A DNA stretch of 63,966 nt, filler included, from Octopus bimaculoides (GCF_001194135.2; 6 parts of 5 records of this genome joined end to end with filler, not necessarily neighbours in it), one strand, 5' to 3'; positions 1 to 12,021 are shown, counted from the first letter of the whole stretch. Numbers and translations are program-made. The notes: generated by a model from the sequence alone, not told the origin.

Positions 1-437
1 TTAAAAAGAAAAAAGCAAATAAAACGAAGAAAATGAAAAAAGCAAATTTAAAATGAAAAAAGCAAATAAAATGAAGCTATGACTTAATCAGCCAAAGGAG
101 TAAATATAAACAACTGAATACTTGTCAGTGATTGGTTGAAATTATAGAAATAAGACAATTTTTTACATGAAATAAATTCGAATACAAAAATATTTTTCTG
201 TTCTATAACACAAAATAAGTATACGAAGTTTGAAAGTCTTTCGGTACCAAAAACACTACGTAAAACATTAATGAAAGATGTGGCCCCCGTTTTAAAAAAG
301 ATCCCACTTTTCTTCTGAGTACCTTTAGTTAAGTGAGGGCTGTAACCCAAGGTATTTTGACAATTCTTAAAAAAAAAACACATAAAAAAATAACAGAGAA
401 TATTGGCTAAATAAATGAAATGCAGGGGAGAAAACTC

Positions 438-540
438 ATGTCTGTGGAATGCTCAGCCACTTGCACGTTAATTTCATTTGCAGGCTGTTCCGTTGATCGC
501 ATCGGCTGGAAACCTCGTCGTCGTAACCCACGGAGTGCCA
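438..540 (+). mobile_element. SINE 3' tail fragment, same tail as the elements at 22295-22640 and 61531-61845
   Basis: gtctgtggaatgctcagccacttgcacgttaatttc...gcaggctgttccgttgatc...ggagtgcca matches 22530-22630 directly and 61545-61625 in reverse complement. Confidence 0.8.
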
Positions 541-639
541 TTTGTTTGTGAAGCGAAAGTGAAGGGACAAGCGCAAACAAATACACACACACACACACAT
601 ACACACACACGCACGCATGCGTGCACGCGCAAACACTCC

Positions 640-830
640 TCACCATCACTTTACGACCGGTGTCGGTTTGTTTACATCCTCGCCTTCTAGCGGTCCAGCA
701 AATACTGACCTGATAAAATAAATGCCAAGCTTAAAATGTAAATATTGGAGTCGATTTGTTCGACTAAATCCTTCAAGACCGTACATCAGCATCGTTAACA
801 TATAGTGACTGAAACAAGTAAATTATAAAA
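640..830 (+). mobile_element. Degraded 3' half of SINE family A
   Basis: Follows a (CA)n tract; resembles 60650-60830 and ends in gtgactgaaacaagtaaa. Confidence 0.65.
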
Positions 831-1016
831 AAAGAAAGATTCTGAAGCAAAATGTATCCAGCTGTTATCCTGTTATTCTGCTGGATATTAATTGTATTCT
901 ACGTCGGTGCTATATACTAACTTCTGTCTTGCATACTAACCATCAATTTTACACCACATAGAAAAAGAAAACTAATATAATTGCTGTAATAAGTCAAGAT
1001 ATTTTAACTAATTACC

Positions 1017-1365
1017 ATCGGCTGTGTGGTAAGTAGGTTGCTTTCCAGCCACATGGTCCCGGGTTCAGTCCCACTGCGTGGCACCTCAAAGTTATGTGAG
1101 TGGATTTGGTAGATGGAAACTGAAAGAAGCCCTTTGTATATATATATGTATATATGTGTGTGTGTCTGTGTTTGTTCCCCCACTGCTTGACAACTGATGC
1201 TGGTGTGTTTACGTCCTTGTAACTTAGCGGTTCGGCAAAAAGTCACCGATAGAATAAATACTTGGCTTACAAAGAATAAGTTCTGGGGTCGATTTGTTCG
1301 AGTAAAGGCGGTGCTCCAGCATGGCCGCATTCAACTGACGGACAAATAAAAGAGTAAAAGAGTAT
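1017..1365 (+). mobile_element. tRNA-head SINE family A with central microsatellite, internally deleted copy
   Basis: ggctgtgtggtaag...ccgggttcagtcccactgcgtggcac (A/B-box-like), internal (TA/TG)n, tail ggcggtgctccagcatggccgc; colinear with the full copy at 60437-60830. Confidence 0.9.
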
Positions 1366-1638
1366 TCCCATCATGACAGAAAATACCATGAGAAATAAAA
1401 TGCAGGGGAAACAACTCCGTTAGTAACATTTTTTTTTTGATGCTCGCACACAAAATAAAAATCTTTGTCCAATTTATAATTTTTCTCTCGTGTCAACATA
1501 AAATTAAGATTTTGCTGTAACACACAGTCTCTCCATCCCTCCCCCACTCTCTCTCTCTGATTATTTCTAGGTTTATATTTCCCTTGTATACCTTGTTATC
1601 ATTTTCTCTGTTCACGTTCATGCTAGCCTCTCTCTCTC

Positions 1639-1669
<31 letters not shown>

Positions 1670-1690
1670 TTATGTGTGCGTGTGTGTGAT

Positions 1691-2028
1691 AGGCAAAGTC
1701 GACCTCGGCGGAATTTGAACTGAGAACGTCACGGCAGACGAAATACCACTAAGCATTTCGCCCGGCGTGCAAACGATTCTTATTTCTTATTCCTTTATTG
1801 CCTACAGAGGGGACAGACAAAGGGATTAAATCGATTACATCGACCCCAGTGCGTAACTGGTACTTATTTAATCGACCCCAGTGCGTAACTGGTACTTATT
1901 TAATCGACCCCAAAAGGACGAAAGGCAAAGTCGACCTCGGCGGAATTTGAACTGAGAACGTAGTGGCAGACGAAATATCGCTAAGCATTTCGCCCGGCAT
2001 GCTAACGTTTCTGCCAGCTCGCCGCCTT
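1691..2028 (-). mobile_element. Two SINE family B copies (partial plus near-full) with a 31-bp internal tandem duplication
   Basis: Reverse complement of aggcggcgagctggcagaaacgttagcatgccgggcgaaatgcttagc...gactttgcctttc; atcgaccccagtgcgtaactggtacttattta occurs twice in tandem at about 1840-1902. Confidence 0.9.
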
Positions 2029-2557
2029 TGGAATAGGCCATATTGAGAGTTAAATATTGTGACAGTGAGACGACTCTCTGCTGCAGACAAGACATGAACA
2101 ACTGATCTCTTGCCCGAATGTCTGCTATTCAGTTAATGTGGTCATACGATAGCCTAACGAAGTATCACTGTCTATTAAAATTTAATCGCAAAAGCTTGGC
2201 GTTATTAAATAAGTTATCAATTTATGTAACAATAAACGACGCGTTGCTTTTATCAAGGGAAGTAACCCTAACGATTACAAGTCAAAGTTATGTATCTTGT
2301 TTGACATTCTTGTTATACATAACGTTAAGAATAATTGGCAACGAAAGTTCAGTGCAAAGTTAACAGCATCAATCACACGATTACTAACGTGTATGGCATA
2401 GTAGGGACGTAGTTTCGGAACATATTTAAGAAAAGTCTTGTTGATTATTTTTAACGAATCAGTATTTGTGTAATTTTTTTCTGTACACTTCAGTTTATGA
2501 ATATAAGTTTATAAATATAAGTTACTTTCACATGGCTTTTTCTTTTTCCTTTATCTT

Positions 2558-2742
2558 TTACATGTTTCAGTCATTGGGGAGCGGCCACGTTAGTCATTGC
2601 CTTGAAGGGATTAGTCGAACAAATTGACCCCACTCCTTATTATTTTTAAAGCCTGGTTCTTACTCTATCGGGTTGGTTTTTGTCGAACTGCAAAGTTACA
2701 GGGCCGTAAACAAACCAGCACCGGTTGTCAAGCAGTGGTGGT

Positions 2743-2831
<89 letters not shown>

Positions 2832-2992
2832 TTATATGACAGGCTTCTTTCAGTTTTCACCTACAAAATCCACTCACATGGTTTTGATCAACCCGGTGCT
2901 ATAGTAGAAGACACTTGCCTAGTGAGACTGAAAGTAGAAACGTGATTGCGAAACAAGCTTCTTACCGCACAGCCATACCTACGCTCTGTATA
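2558..2992 (-). mobile_element. SINE family A with long central (CA)n
   Basis: Reverse-complement match to the family A head (cttaccgcacagcc) and tail (gtttcagtcatt) flanking (CA)n at about 2745-2825. Confidence 0.85.
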
Positions 2993-3579
2993 GCTACGCC
3001 TGCGTTGTATTGACCTAGTATAATTGGTTATGTTGTTTCATCCCGCTTTGTTAACAGATATTTCAGAAAAGGTGGCAAAAATGTAAGCGACAACTACAAA
3101 ACTGAATAATTAGGGTTATAAAAATGACACATCCATCCATCCATCCATCCATCCATCCATCCATACACACACACACGCACGCACGCACTCACTCACACAA
3201 AAAGGAGAAATGTGTTTTAAGTGTTCTTGAAATGGTTTTTGTTTATTTAAAAAAAATCTTATCTTCTTTTATGCTAGATCATCATCGCTAATGTGACATC
3301 TTAGCTATAATAAATCAGCACTCATCTTAACTCATACTAAAATACCAAAATGCACCAAAATTCTCCAAAGTTTCTGCCGATCAACTATAGAGAAAGCACA
3401 CATATTTCCAAATACATAACTAAGATAGCAGAAGCCACCATCAACACAGCCAGTCATGTGACCAATCACATGTCCAGTCACGCTACGAGTCACGTGATTT
3501 TCTCTCAAGTAGAACAATCTGTTGATCAATGTCTTTCGATTGCTCATGTAGATTAATCACTTGCTGGAGAGGATTGTCT

Positions 3580-3890
3580 ATGACGTTTCCTTTCGCCAGA
3601 TATCAGCTGGTAATTCTATATTAGTGACAATCATGTGAGTCATAACGTGATTGATTTTGTGATTAGTCGTGTTGATGGTAGCGTCCGTTATTTTCATCAG
3701 GTATCCGTATGCTTTGTAGATGGTTCGTAAAAAATTTAAGATGATTGTGTATCTTTCGTTCATGACTAGGATGGGGTGATCGATGACATTGAGTTTTTCC
3801 GTGAGGCAGAAGTCACAGAGCTTAACTAAATTTTCGTTTGTTGGTGGTCTGTCTGTGATTGTCCATATACTGAGACTTCCTTCGGTCATG
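3580..3890 (-). mobile_element. Penelope-like element, GIY-YIG C-terminal relic
   Basis: ORF 3578-3889 reads WTITDRPPTNENLVKLCDFCLTEKLNVIDHPILVMNER, fitting the Penelope endonuclease C-terminal pattern W-x-I...C-x-L-C-L-x-EK...LN-x-R; cut off by the SINE at 3886. Confidence 0.7.
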
Positions 3891-4208
3891 ACTAACCATG
3901 TGGTTGCACCTAGAAAGTTACCCTCCGAGGCACAAGTCCGGGCAAGGTTGTTTATGGAAAACCATCAGTCGCCCATACATACCGGCCTTCCCTCTCCATG
4001 CCACCAGTGTTACCCAAAGGAAAGGCAAAGGCCGATACAGCTTGGCACCAGTGATGTCGCAACTCATTTCTACAGCTGAGTGAACTGGAAACAACGTGAA
4101 ATAAAGTGTCTTGGTGAAGAACACAACACGCAGCCCAGTCCGGGATTCGAACTCACAACCTCACGATCGTAAGCTCGACGCTCTAACCACTGAGCCATGC
4201 GCCTTCAC
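3886..4208 (-). mobile_element. tRNA-head SINE family C with RTE-like 3' tail
   Basis: Reverse complement starts gtgaaggcgcatggctcagtggttagagcgtcgagcttacgatcgtgaggttgtgagttcgaatcccgg (tRNA-like A and B boxes); central domain shared with 61700-61845. Confidence 0.9.
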
Positions 4209-4666
4209 TTGTCCATACAAAGTTTGTGCGAATTCCTGTATCTTGTGAATTGCAAATATATATTTAATATAGGGTTTGATTCGAAATTTTGGGAGTATCA
4301 TCGAATGCGATAGGCATCTGAAGAGGGCTGAAAGGTACAGCGGCCAAAACGTTGGGATTTTAAAAACTATGATATGAAGACGAGGCCGAATATATCAGTT
4401 CCTAATAAGGATAATTCCTCACCTCAGGAATTCAAACAAAGTACAAACTTGCAAAGTTACACGCGCGCGCGCACACACACGCACACATATGCACACACAC
4501 ACACAGACACGCACACATGCGCACACACACGCGCACACGCACGCATGAACACACATATTCACACAAACGCACGCATGCACACGCGCGCGCACACATACAC
4601 CCAGATGTGCGCATACACACATACCCTCCCTCTCTCTCTGTTTCTCTCTTTTTCTCTCTCTTTCTC

Positions 4667-4698
<32 letters not shown>

Positions 4699-4976
4699 AC
4701 TCACCCTCTCTTTCACCCTCTTTCTCTCTCACACACACAAGGTGATTTGGCAGATTCTTTAGAGTGATGGATAAAATGCCTCATGCTATTTGTCCTGAGT
4801 CTGCGCTCGCATTTGACACTACGCCGAATTTCATCATTTCGGGGTCGATAAAATATTTATGTCCAAAGTGGTAGATTTGGTGGAACTGTTTGAGGGTAAG
4901 GTAAAATGTTTTCGGACAGCAGCACCTGCAATGACACAAGTTCCAAACTGTATCGGTATGGAAGATCGGTGATTGT

Positions 4977-5021
4977 CGTACGCTGACGAAGGGTAAATAC
5001 CCAGAAACCCGGGTCCGTGCG
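4977..5021 (+). ncRNA. Minimal type I hammerhead ribozyme candidate
   Basis: Stem I CGUACG(4977-82)/CGUGCG(5016-21); core CUGACGA(4983-89); stem II GGGU-AAAU-ACCC(4991-5002); GAAA(5004-07); palindromic stem III ACCCGGGU; predicted cleavage after GUC at 5015. The only deviation is an A-A pair (4990/5003) at the base of stem II. Confidence 0.75.
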
Positions 5022-6365
5022 TATTACGTCAGATCGACGATGGGAAGGGTGACTTCCCTTTGCAAATACCGACAAGGCACAGACAGTGTGTTAATAGCCA
5101 GCTGGAGGAGATGTTCTCCTGGGGCTACAAGCTACAGTAGCATTCATCCTTAGGGGTTAGCCGCATTTAAGTGGCAAATATACTTCACGTGGTCGTGCAG
5201 CTACTGTTTATACCTCGTTCAGAGATTTATTATTACTATATATATATATATATATATATATNNNNNNNNNNNNNNNNNNNNNNNNNNNNNNNNNNNNNNN
5301 NNNNNNNNNNNNNNNNNNNNNNNNNNNNNNNNNNNNNNNNNNNNNNNNNNNNNNNNNNNNNNNNNNNNNNNNNNNNNNNNNNNNNNNNNNNNNNNNNNNN
5401 NNNNNNNNNNNNNNNNNNNNNNNNNNNNNNNNNNNNNNNNNNNNNNNNNNNNNNNNNNNNNNNNNNNNNNNNNNNNNNNNNNNNNNNNNNNNNNNNNNNN
5501 NNNNNNNNNNNNNNNNNNNNNNNNNNNNNNNNNNNNNNNNNNNNNNNNNNNNNNNNNNNNNNNNNNNNNNNNNNNNNNNNNNNNNNNNNNNNNNNNNNNN
5601 NNNNNNNNNNNNNNNNNNNNNNNNNNNNNNNNNNNNNNNNNNNNNNNNNNNNNNNNNNNNNNNNNNNNNNNNNNNNNNNNNNNNNNNNNNNNNNNNNNNN
5701 NNNNNNNNNNNNNNNNNNNNNNNNNNNNNNNNNNNNNNNNNNNNNNNNNNNNNNNNNNNNNNNNNNNNNNNNNNNNNNNNNNNNNNNNNNNNNNNNNNNN
5801 NNNNNNNNNNNNNNNNNNNNNNNNNNNNNNNNNNNNNNNNNNNNNNNNNNNNNNNNNNNNNNNNNNNNNNGCATTCAAATGTCTGAAACTAGTAAAATTA
5901 TACATACATACATACATACATACATACATACATACATACATACATACATACATGCACACACACACACACACACACACATATGTATGTATATATATATGTA
6001 AGATTAATCCATAAGAATCGTTGGAAAGAATTGAAATAGTGGATGGGGCAGACCTAGGCCCTTTAAGAATGGTCATATAAATCCGGTTTTGTATAATTGT
6101 CAACGTTTATATAGAAAACGTGGGCAAGATGGGAATTCTAGAGGGAAGAGTTTCTTCTGCAGAAGGACGAACCGAAGTTATCGTAATTGTGATAGAGCCG
6201 GCAGCGTGTGACAAAAGCACGTCTTTGAGTCAGAGATTGTGGAGTTTTGTTGAGTGGTGTTTTTGTTATTTCGTCAGGTGGTTGTCTTTCGAATGCACTT
6301 TTAGAATGTTTGGGTGTGTAATTAATACAACGTCATGTGCATTATTCTATCGTGCGAACACTTGT

Positions 6366-6470
<105 letters not shown>

Positions 6471-7356
6471 CGTTTGTATGCACGAAGGAGAGAGATGTAG
6501 AGAGATATAGAGGTAATATATTGTAACTGAAACGTCAAATAAAGTGAATGACAGATATAAAGAATAACGGCAAGTTATAGGCGAATGAAAATTTTATATT
6601 TGTAGTGATGCAAGACTTGAATGGCTTTAGCTGATATTTACTAAGTTTTCAATATTCTACATAACTTATCAGCCGATGGCCAACGTTTTACTTTCTCTCT
6701 AGCCTTATTTTTAACTCTTTGTCTGCTAGCCAAATTATTGAAAATGTCTACTATTAGTTAATTCGCCAGTTATTTTTGAACGTCTGCTGTCGTCAATATT
6801 CTGAGAAACGAAACATTATGGGCGATAATATTTATCTTTTTATTCTGATTTTTCTTTTTATGAAATGTTTTACATCTACAATTGAATTGCAGATATCTCT
6901 TGAATCATTTCCTTTTTTCTTATTATCAGTGACGGCGATATGAGAAGACTGCCACGTTAGTAACGCCACATCTATTCTTTTCTTAAGATAACTTTAATTA
7001 CGCCGAATATCCTAATGACTGTGGAATTATGCTCTCGAATAGTGATTATACGCTGGCTACCGACTAAAATATGAATATGACTCCTACTTGACTTTACCAC
7101 TAATTATTTTCTTCTCTTTGTGTGAACATGTTTATTTATGACTTTTAGCACTTTCCCCACATACAAATATCCTCTAGATCTCGGCATGCAGGGTTGATTC
7201 TGTTACTGATTAACGACAAGTAAACTCTGATTCAGCAAACCTATCATCAAAATCATTCCAGACATAACCCCCCCNNNNNNNNNNATTTAAGACTCAGAAA
7301 TCTAATATGGTTTCTATCAGTTTAAAAAAAAACAATGCGATATCAATTGAAGCAGA

Positions 7357-7460
7357 TTTAGCTGTTATTACTAGTTGTTATTTAGCTGTTGTTATTTAGC
7401 TGTTGTTATTTAGTTGTTATTTAGCTGTTATTACTGTTATTACTAGCTGTTATTACTAGT
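7357..7460. repeat. Degenerate minisatellite of tttagctgttgtta / tagctgttattac-type units
   Basis: Seen directly in the sequence. Confidence 0.8.
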
Positions 7461-8057
7461 TACCAATTAATTGCAGCAGAAGAATTTTATGGAGCCAATG
7501 CCAGACATCTATCAGCATTTTAACTAATCAGTTACACTATATTGCTTGGAGAGCGATGGTTTCTATATTAGTCACGCTTAAATAATGATGACGTGGTTGT
7601 CAAAACAATGAGATTCTATCATATCTATTCGAGCATGACCTACGTTTACAGCTGACAGCTCGATCATTGTGTGTTTTGAACACCCATTCAATTAAGGAGT
7701 TGAGTAAATGAAGGCTTGCTCGGCTAATTTTATCTTGATTATAGTATACATACCTACATACACACATACATCCACATGTGTATAATACACACACACACGC
7801 ATACATATGTACGCATATACACACATACACTTCAAATACGCATACACACACAACACACACATTTTTAGTAATCGATAGAAGTACTAAATGCATATTGTGT
7901 AGTGTAATTAACTTACTTATACGTAGCTGGTGATTAGTTCAGGTCATGTTGTCTGAATAATATTCATTACTTAATAGGAGAGTTTTTACGAAATAAGATA
8001 ACTCCCAATTTACACAGAGCTTGGGATGGTTTTGCAATTTTATATTTCAGAACAAAT

Positions 8058-8181
8058 AACTCTCCATAATGTTTTATAGCGGAGATAGCTCTCCATAATG
8101 TTTTATAGCGGAGATAGCTCTCCATAATGTTTTATAGCGGAGATAGCTCTCCATAATGTTTTATAGCGGAGATAGCTCTCC
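8058..8181. repeat. 29-bp tandem repeat, about 4.3 near-perfect copies
   Basis: agctctccataatgttttatagcggagat repeated head-to-tail with no spacers. Confidence 0.95.
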
Positions 8182-8829
8182 ACTTATTGTAATGGCTTAT
8201 TTCAAGAAATAATGATTTCACATGTATTTCAAAAGGATCCTATAAAGTGGTATGTTTAAAGGATGAAAGACTGAATTTTCTTTTGTATACATGAAGAAAA
8301 TGAATAGTTATTTCTATTTAAAATACAAGCTGATGTACTTTGTATCTTATGTTTCTCTGCGAGACATAAATTGCATATTTCTGCTGATATATAAATTTCA
8401 TTTTCTTGACAGTGTTTCTGTTAGATGAGACATTGTTGACTCATCTATCTTTAAGTTTTCATATATATTGATTATCGAGTTAATTTTAATCTTGAGCTTA
8501 ATAATAAACGTGATATTGTTTCACTAAAATCTATTGCACTTCTGCTATATCTCTACATCAGAGCATTTGCTAGGCATTCTATTGTTTAAATCCCCGATGA
8601 ATTTCAACTGTTGGTCAATTTGTCCCAAAGTTCTCATCGTGACGTAAAATTAACGAAGCAAATGTCATTTATCTCCCCCTTGATCTCTGACGTCATCTGA
8701 CAAACGCCAACAAAGATGGCGCAAATTAGCCAAGCTTTACCTGCTAGAAATAGCAACACAAATGCTTTTAAATCAGATCCCAATGCTGGATGTTCAAGAA
8801 CCAAATGAAGGGCAGATTTTCAAGCCTAG

Positions 8830-9052
8830 GATCATCCTGATTCCAAAAAGGTGGCAGAAACGTTAGCATGCTGGGCGAAATGCTTAGCGGTATTTTGTCT
8901 GTCTTTACGTTCTGAGTTCAAATTCCTCCGAGGTCGACTTTGCCTTTCATCCTTTCGGGGTCGATAAATTTAGTACCAGTTGCGTACTGGGGTCGATCTA
9001 ATAGACTGGCCCCCTCCCCCGAAATTTCGGGCCTTGTGCCTAGAGTAGAAAA
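8830..9052 (+). mobile_element. SINE family B
   Basis: ggcagaaacgttagcatgctgggcgaaatgcttagcgg...gactttgcctttcatcctttcggggtcgataaatttagtaccag...gggccttgtgcctagagtag. Confidence 0.9.
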
Positions 9053-10554
9053 AATGAAAAAAAGAAAAAAAGGTATATGTCTATGTAGAGCATATGTAGA
9101 CTGAGATGTCCCAGACGGACAGACAAGATTTCGTTTTTATTATCATAGGTAACAAAGACAGTAGGAATATTTTCAGTGAATGTTTTCCATTTTACTATTG
9201 TGTTCGAATATGAAAATATAGTTCTATAAAAAAAAAATACTAGTTGCAAGAAAATCGGAATTTAATGCACTTTGTTCTTTTGATCTCAGCTTGACGAAAC
9301 ATTCGAAACATATGGGATGGTCATGGCTTGGTTGCCTTTGATCATAGGCCTGCTCAGCCAGGCTTGATGTAGGGCTAAACAACTACCCGAGTTGCATGTT
9401 GACGTCTTCTGATACTTTTAACTACTGAAGCAAACATTCTTAATTCCCTGGTCTTAGAACACATTACGATCAATTTTATCATGTTATGAATATTCATTTA
9501 TTCTTTCGCCGCTACTGCAGTGCCACAATTTTATTCACCTCCTTATAACCCTTACTATCTTAAACGGATCAGCACCCACAACCATTAAATCTAATTTAAA
9601 TCTAACTATTCTAGTAAGTTTAGAATAGAAGTTTAATCTTTCACCTTCTTTACAATTATTATCTTTTCATCTCTAGGGAACAAATAAATAATCACCTTTC
9701 TATTACTGTTTCAAGCTAACACGATTCTTCGAGATTACAAACCTTGATATGATTATAATCTTCTTAGAATACAATGGATCTTCCCAAATATGCTTGATGT
9801 AAAATGAAACATTATATAGTCCACTCGAAATGAAGATTCTTCCAATTAATTCATAACTCGAAGCAAATTTGTAAATAAATGCAGTTTTCATATATAAGAT
9901 TACTAAAGACAAGTTTTCAGTCTTTTGTTTTTGTAGAAGTGACAGTATACTTACTAGTTTCTCGAGTCTTTATTATTAACCCACAACAAACTTGTTGATC
10001 CATAAAATAATTTTCATTTTATTTGTGTCAAGAAGTTCAATATTTCAATGTTCGATATACAATTTCTTACAAGAAAATACAATGTCAATTATAATATTTT
10101 CCTTGAATTTTCGGTGTCGGTTAAGACACCAAACTTGGATCCAGAACTCATTTTATAGAGTAGCTTATCACTAAACGACCATACTAATTTAACGAGGAAA
10201 ATTATATCGCCAGAAAATGTGAAATATATTTAGCTGAGATAGCACTATAATCAAAATAATACTTTGTCTGCTTGTCACGCTCATCTTGACTTTGAAAAAT
10301 ACTTAGAGCTTCCATTCACCCATACGCGATAACAGGATAATTACATATTGCTTTGTCATGAACTACTAAGAATGCTGCATCTGTATAATGACACTAACGT
10401 GTAATGAAAAGTCACAATTGTACATTAAAGTTTTCTAGTGTTAATTTAAAAAAGAGCAATTATGTCATCTGCGCACATAATAGAAATCAATTCATAAATA
10501 CGCAAGTTGGTTTTCGTAAACTTGCTACACTTATACTTATAAATTATCTCTCTA

Positions 10555-10611
<57 letters not shown>

Positions 10612-10622
10612 GTTATTATTAT

Positions 10623-11087
10623 TGAGTAATAGAGTAGCGCATACCATCAAAGTGACACTGGGGTACAAATATACCAAACCTAATATACCCATCACGACTA
10701 CCCGTCTGATAAGGGTACACCAAGAACATGCATCCCAATCATATGTGCGGACATGGAGATCTCATATCAAGATAAACAGCGCATGACCTTGCGAGTGGGG
10801 ACCCTGTTTGATTTTTATTCAGGTCGAGTAGTTCATCCTGTTCAAAACGTCCTTGAATAAGGGTTCTCTAAGGATGATGAACGAAACGTCCATGTTTCCA
10901 GAGGTGAATTATTCAAACCCAAAAGAATCCCTTTCAACACATGGATATGATGCACCCCAGTTACTCCTGCTCATGGTCAGAGATGCACATATTGTCGGCC
11001 ACCAAGGGGCAATGCTCAATTGGTTAATATCAAGCAACTAACAAAAAGTCAGTGGGATTGAGCAAAATAGCCCATCTTTTACACCAA
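10623..11087 (-). mobile_element. ~465-bp non-coding interspersed element flanked on both sides by (ATT)n
   Basis: Colinear with 44564-44968; (ATT)n arrays at about 10558-10622 and 11088-11153. Strand is inferred by analogy with the neighbouring Dong-like copies. Confidence 0.85.
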
Positions 11088-11154
<67 letters not shown>

Positions 11155-11155
<1 letters not shown>

Positions 11156-11370
11156 GGCGGTGAGCTGACAGAATCGTTACCGTGCCGGCTAAAATGCTTA
11201 GTGGCGTTTCGTCCGTCTTACATTCTGAGTTCAAATTGCGCCGAGGTCGCTGAGGTCAACTTCGCCTTTCATCGATAAAATAAATACCAGCTGAATATAG
11301 GGGTTAATGCAATCGACTTAGCCCTTCTCTAAAACTGCTGGCTTTGTGCCAAAGTTTGAAACCATTATTA
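11155..11370 (+). mobile_element. SINE family B
   Basis: aaggcggtgagctgacagaatcgttacc...gtgccaaagtttgaaaccattattatt. Confidence 0.85.
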
Positions 11371-11651
11371 TTAGCAGCTGCAGTAGCAGCACTACTAATA
11401 GTAACTTAGTCCCGCAATTTGGGCATGCTCCTTACAACCCCTTTTCAGTAAATCATTTTGTTTGTTTTTTGATTGTTTTTGTAACTTTAATTTTGATTCT
11501 AAATTCTTTCAAGTCACCTTCCGTCAATATTAACCGTCATCATGGACAACGACCATAACTGCTACTAAACGAATCGAGTATTGGCGCACATTTACTTTCA
11601 TAATTTTTCTGAAATACCACCTTATGTTTTGTATAGTAATTCTTATTAACT

Positions 11652-11790
11652 ACAGAGCACATGGTCTAGTGGTTAGGGGTGTTAAACCTACGATCTTAAG
11701 TTTCTGGTTTCGATTTCTAGACTGGACAGTGCCTTGTGTTCTTCAGAAAAAGCAAAACAAAAAAAAAATCCTACTATATTTCATGTTGTT
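11652..11790 (+). mobile_element. Degraded SINE family C head
   Basis: gagcacatggtctagtggttaggggtgttaaacctacgatc...tttcgatttctagactgg resembles the tRNA-like head of 3886-4208. Confidence 0.6.
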
Positions 11791-12021
11791 CTCGTCCACT
11801 CTGCTGAAAATGAAGCCCAACGGCGTCCAGTTCGCGGGTGGGTGGAAAAGTATGTATTGTACATTTTCTGTCGCCTATACTCCATGGAAATCCTGATAAG
11901 CTCCGGTCTAAGGAGCCTTCCGTTTCGTGACCTATTAATTACGAACCCTTCTCGTAGAAAATGCAACCAACTTTGGCAGAAAGTAATAATATTTATATTA
12001 TTGTTGATGGTAGTACAACGG

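Noticed and set aside
4140-4208. tRNA gene-like sequence (also 22295, 60437, 61800)
   Set aside because: No complete cloverleaf; each continues into a multi-copy SINE body.
4318-4356. Hammerhead-like CUGAAGA...GCUG/CAGC...AAAACGUU
   Set aside because: GAAA is mutated and stem I cannot pair; at most a heavily decayed relic.
5171-6103. Long ORFs spanning N runs (also at 21.6-22.4, 26.1-26.9, 29.2-29.6 and 51.4-53.2 kb)
   Set aside because: Open only because N codons are not stops.
8058-8181. CRISPR-like 29-bp repeats
   Set aside because: No spacers, no cas genes, eukaryotic context; plain tandem repeat.
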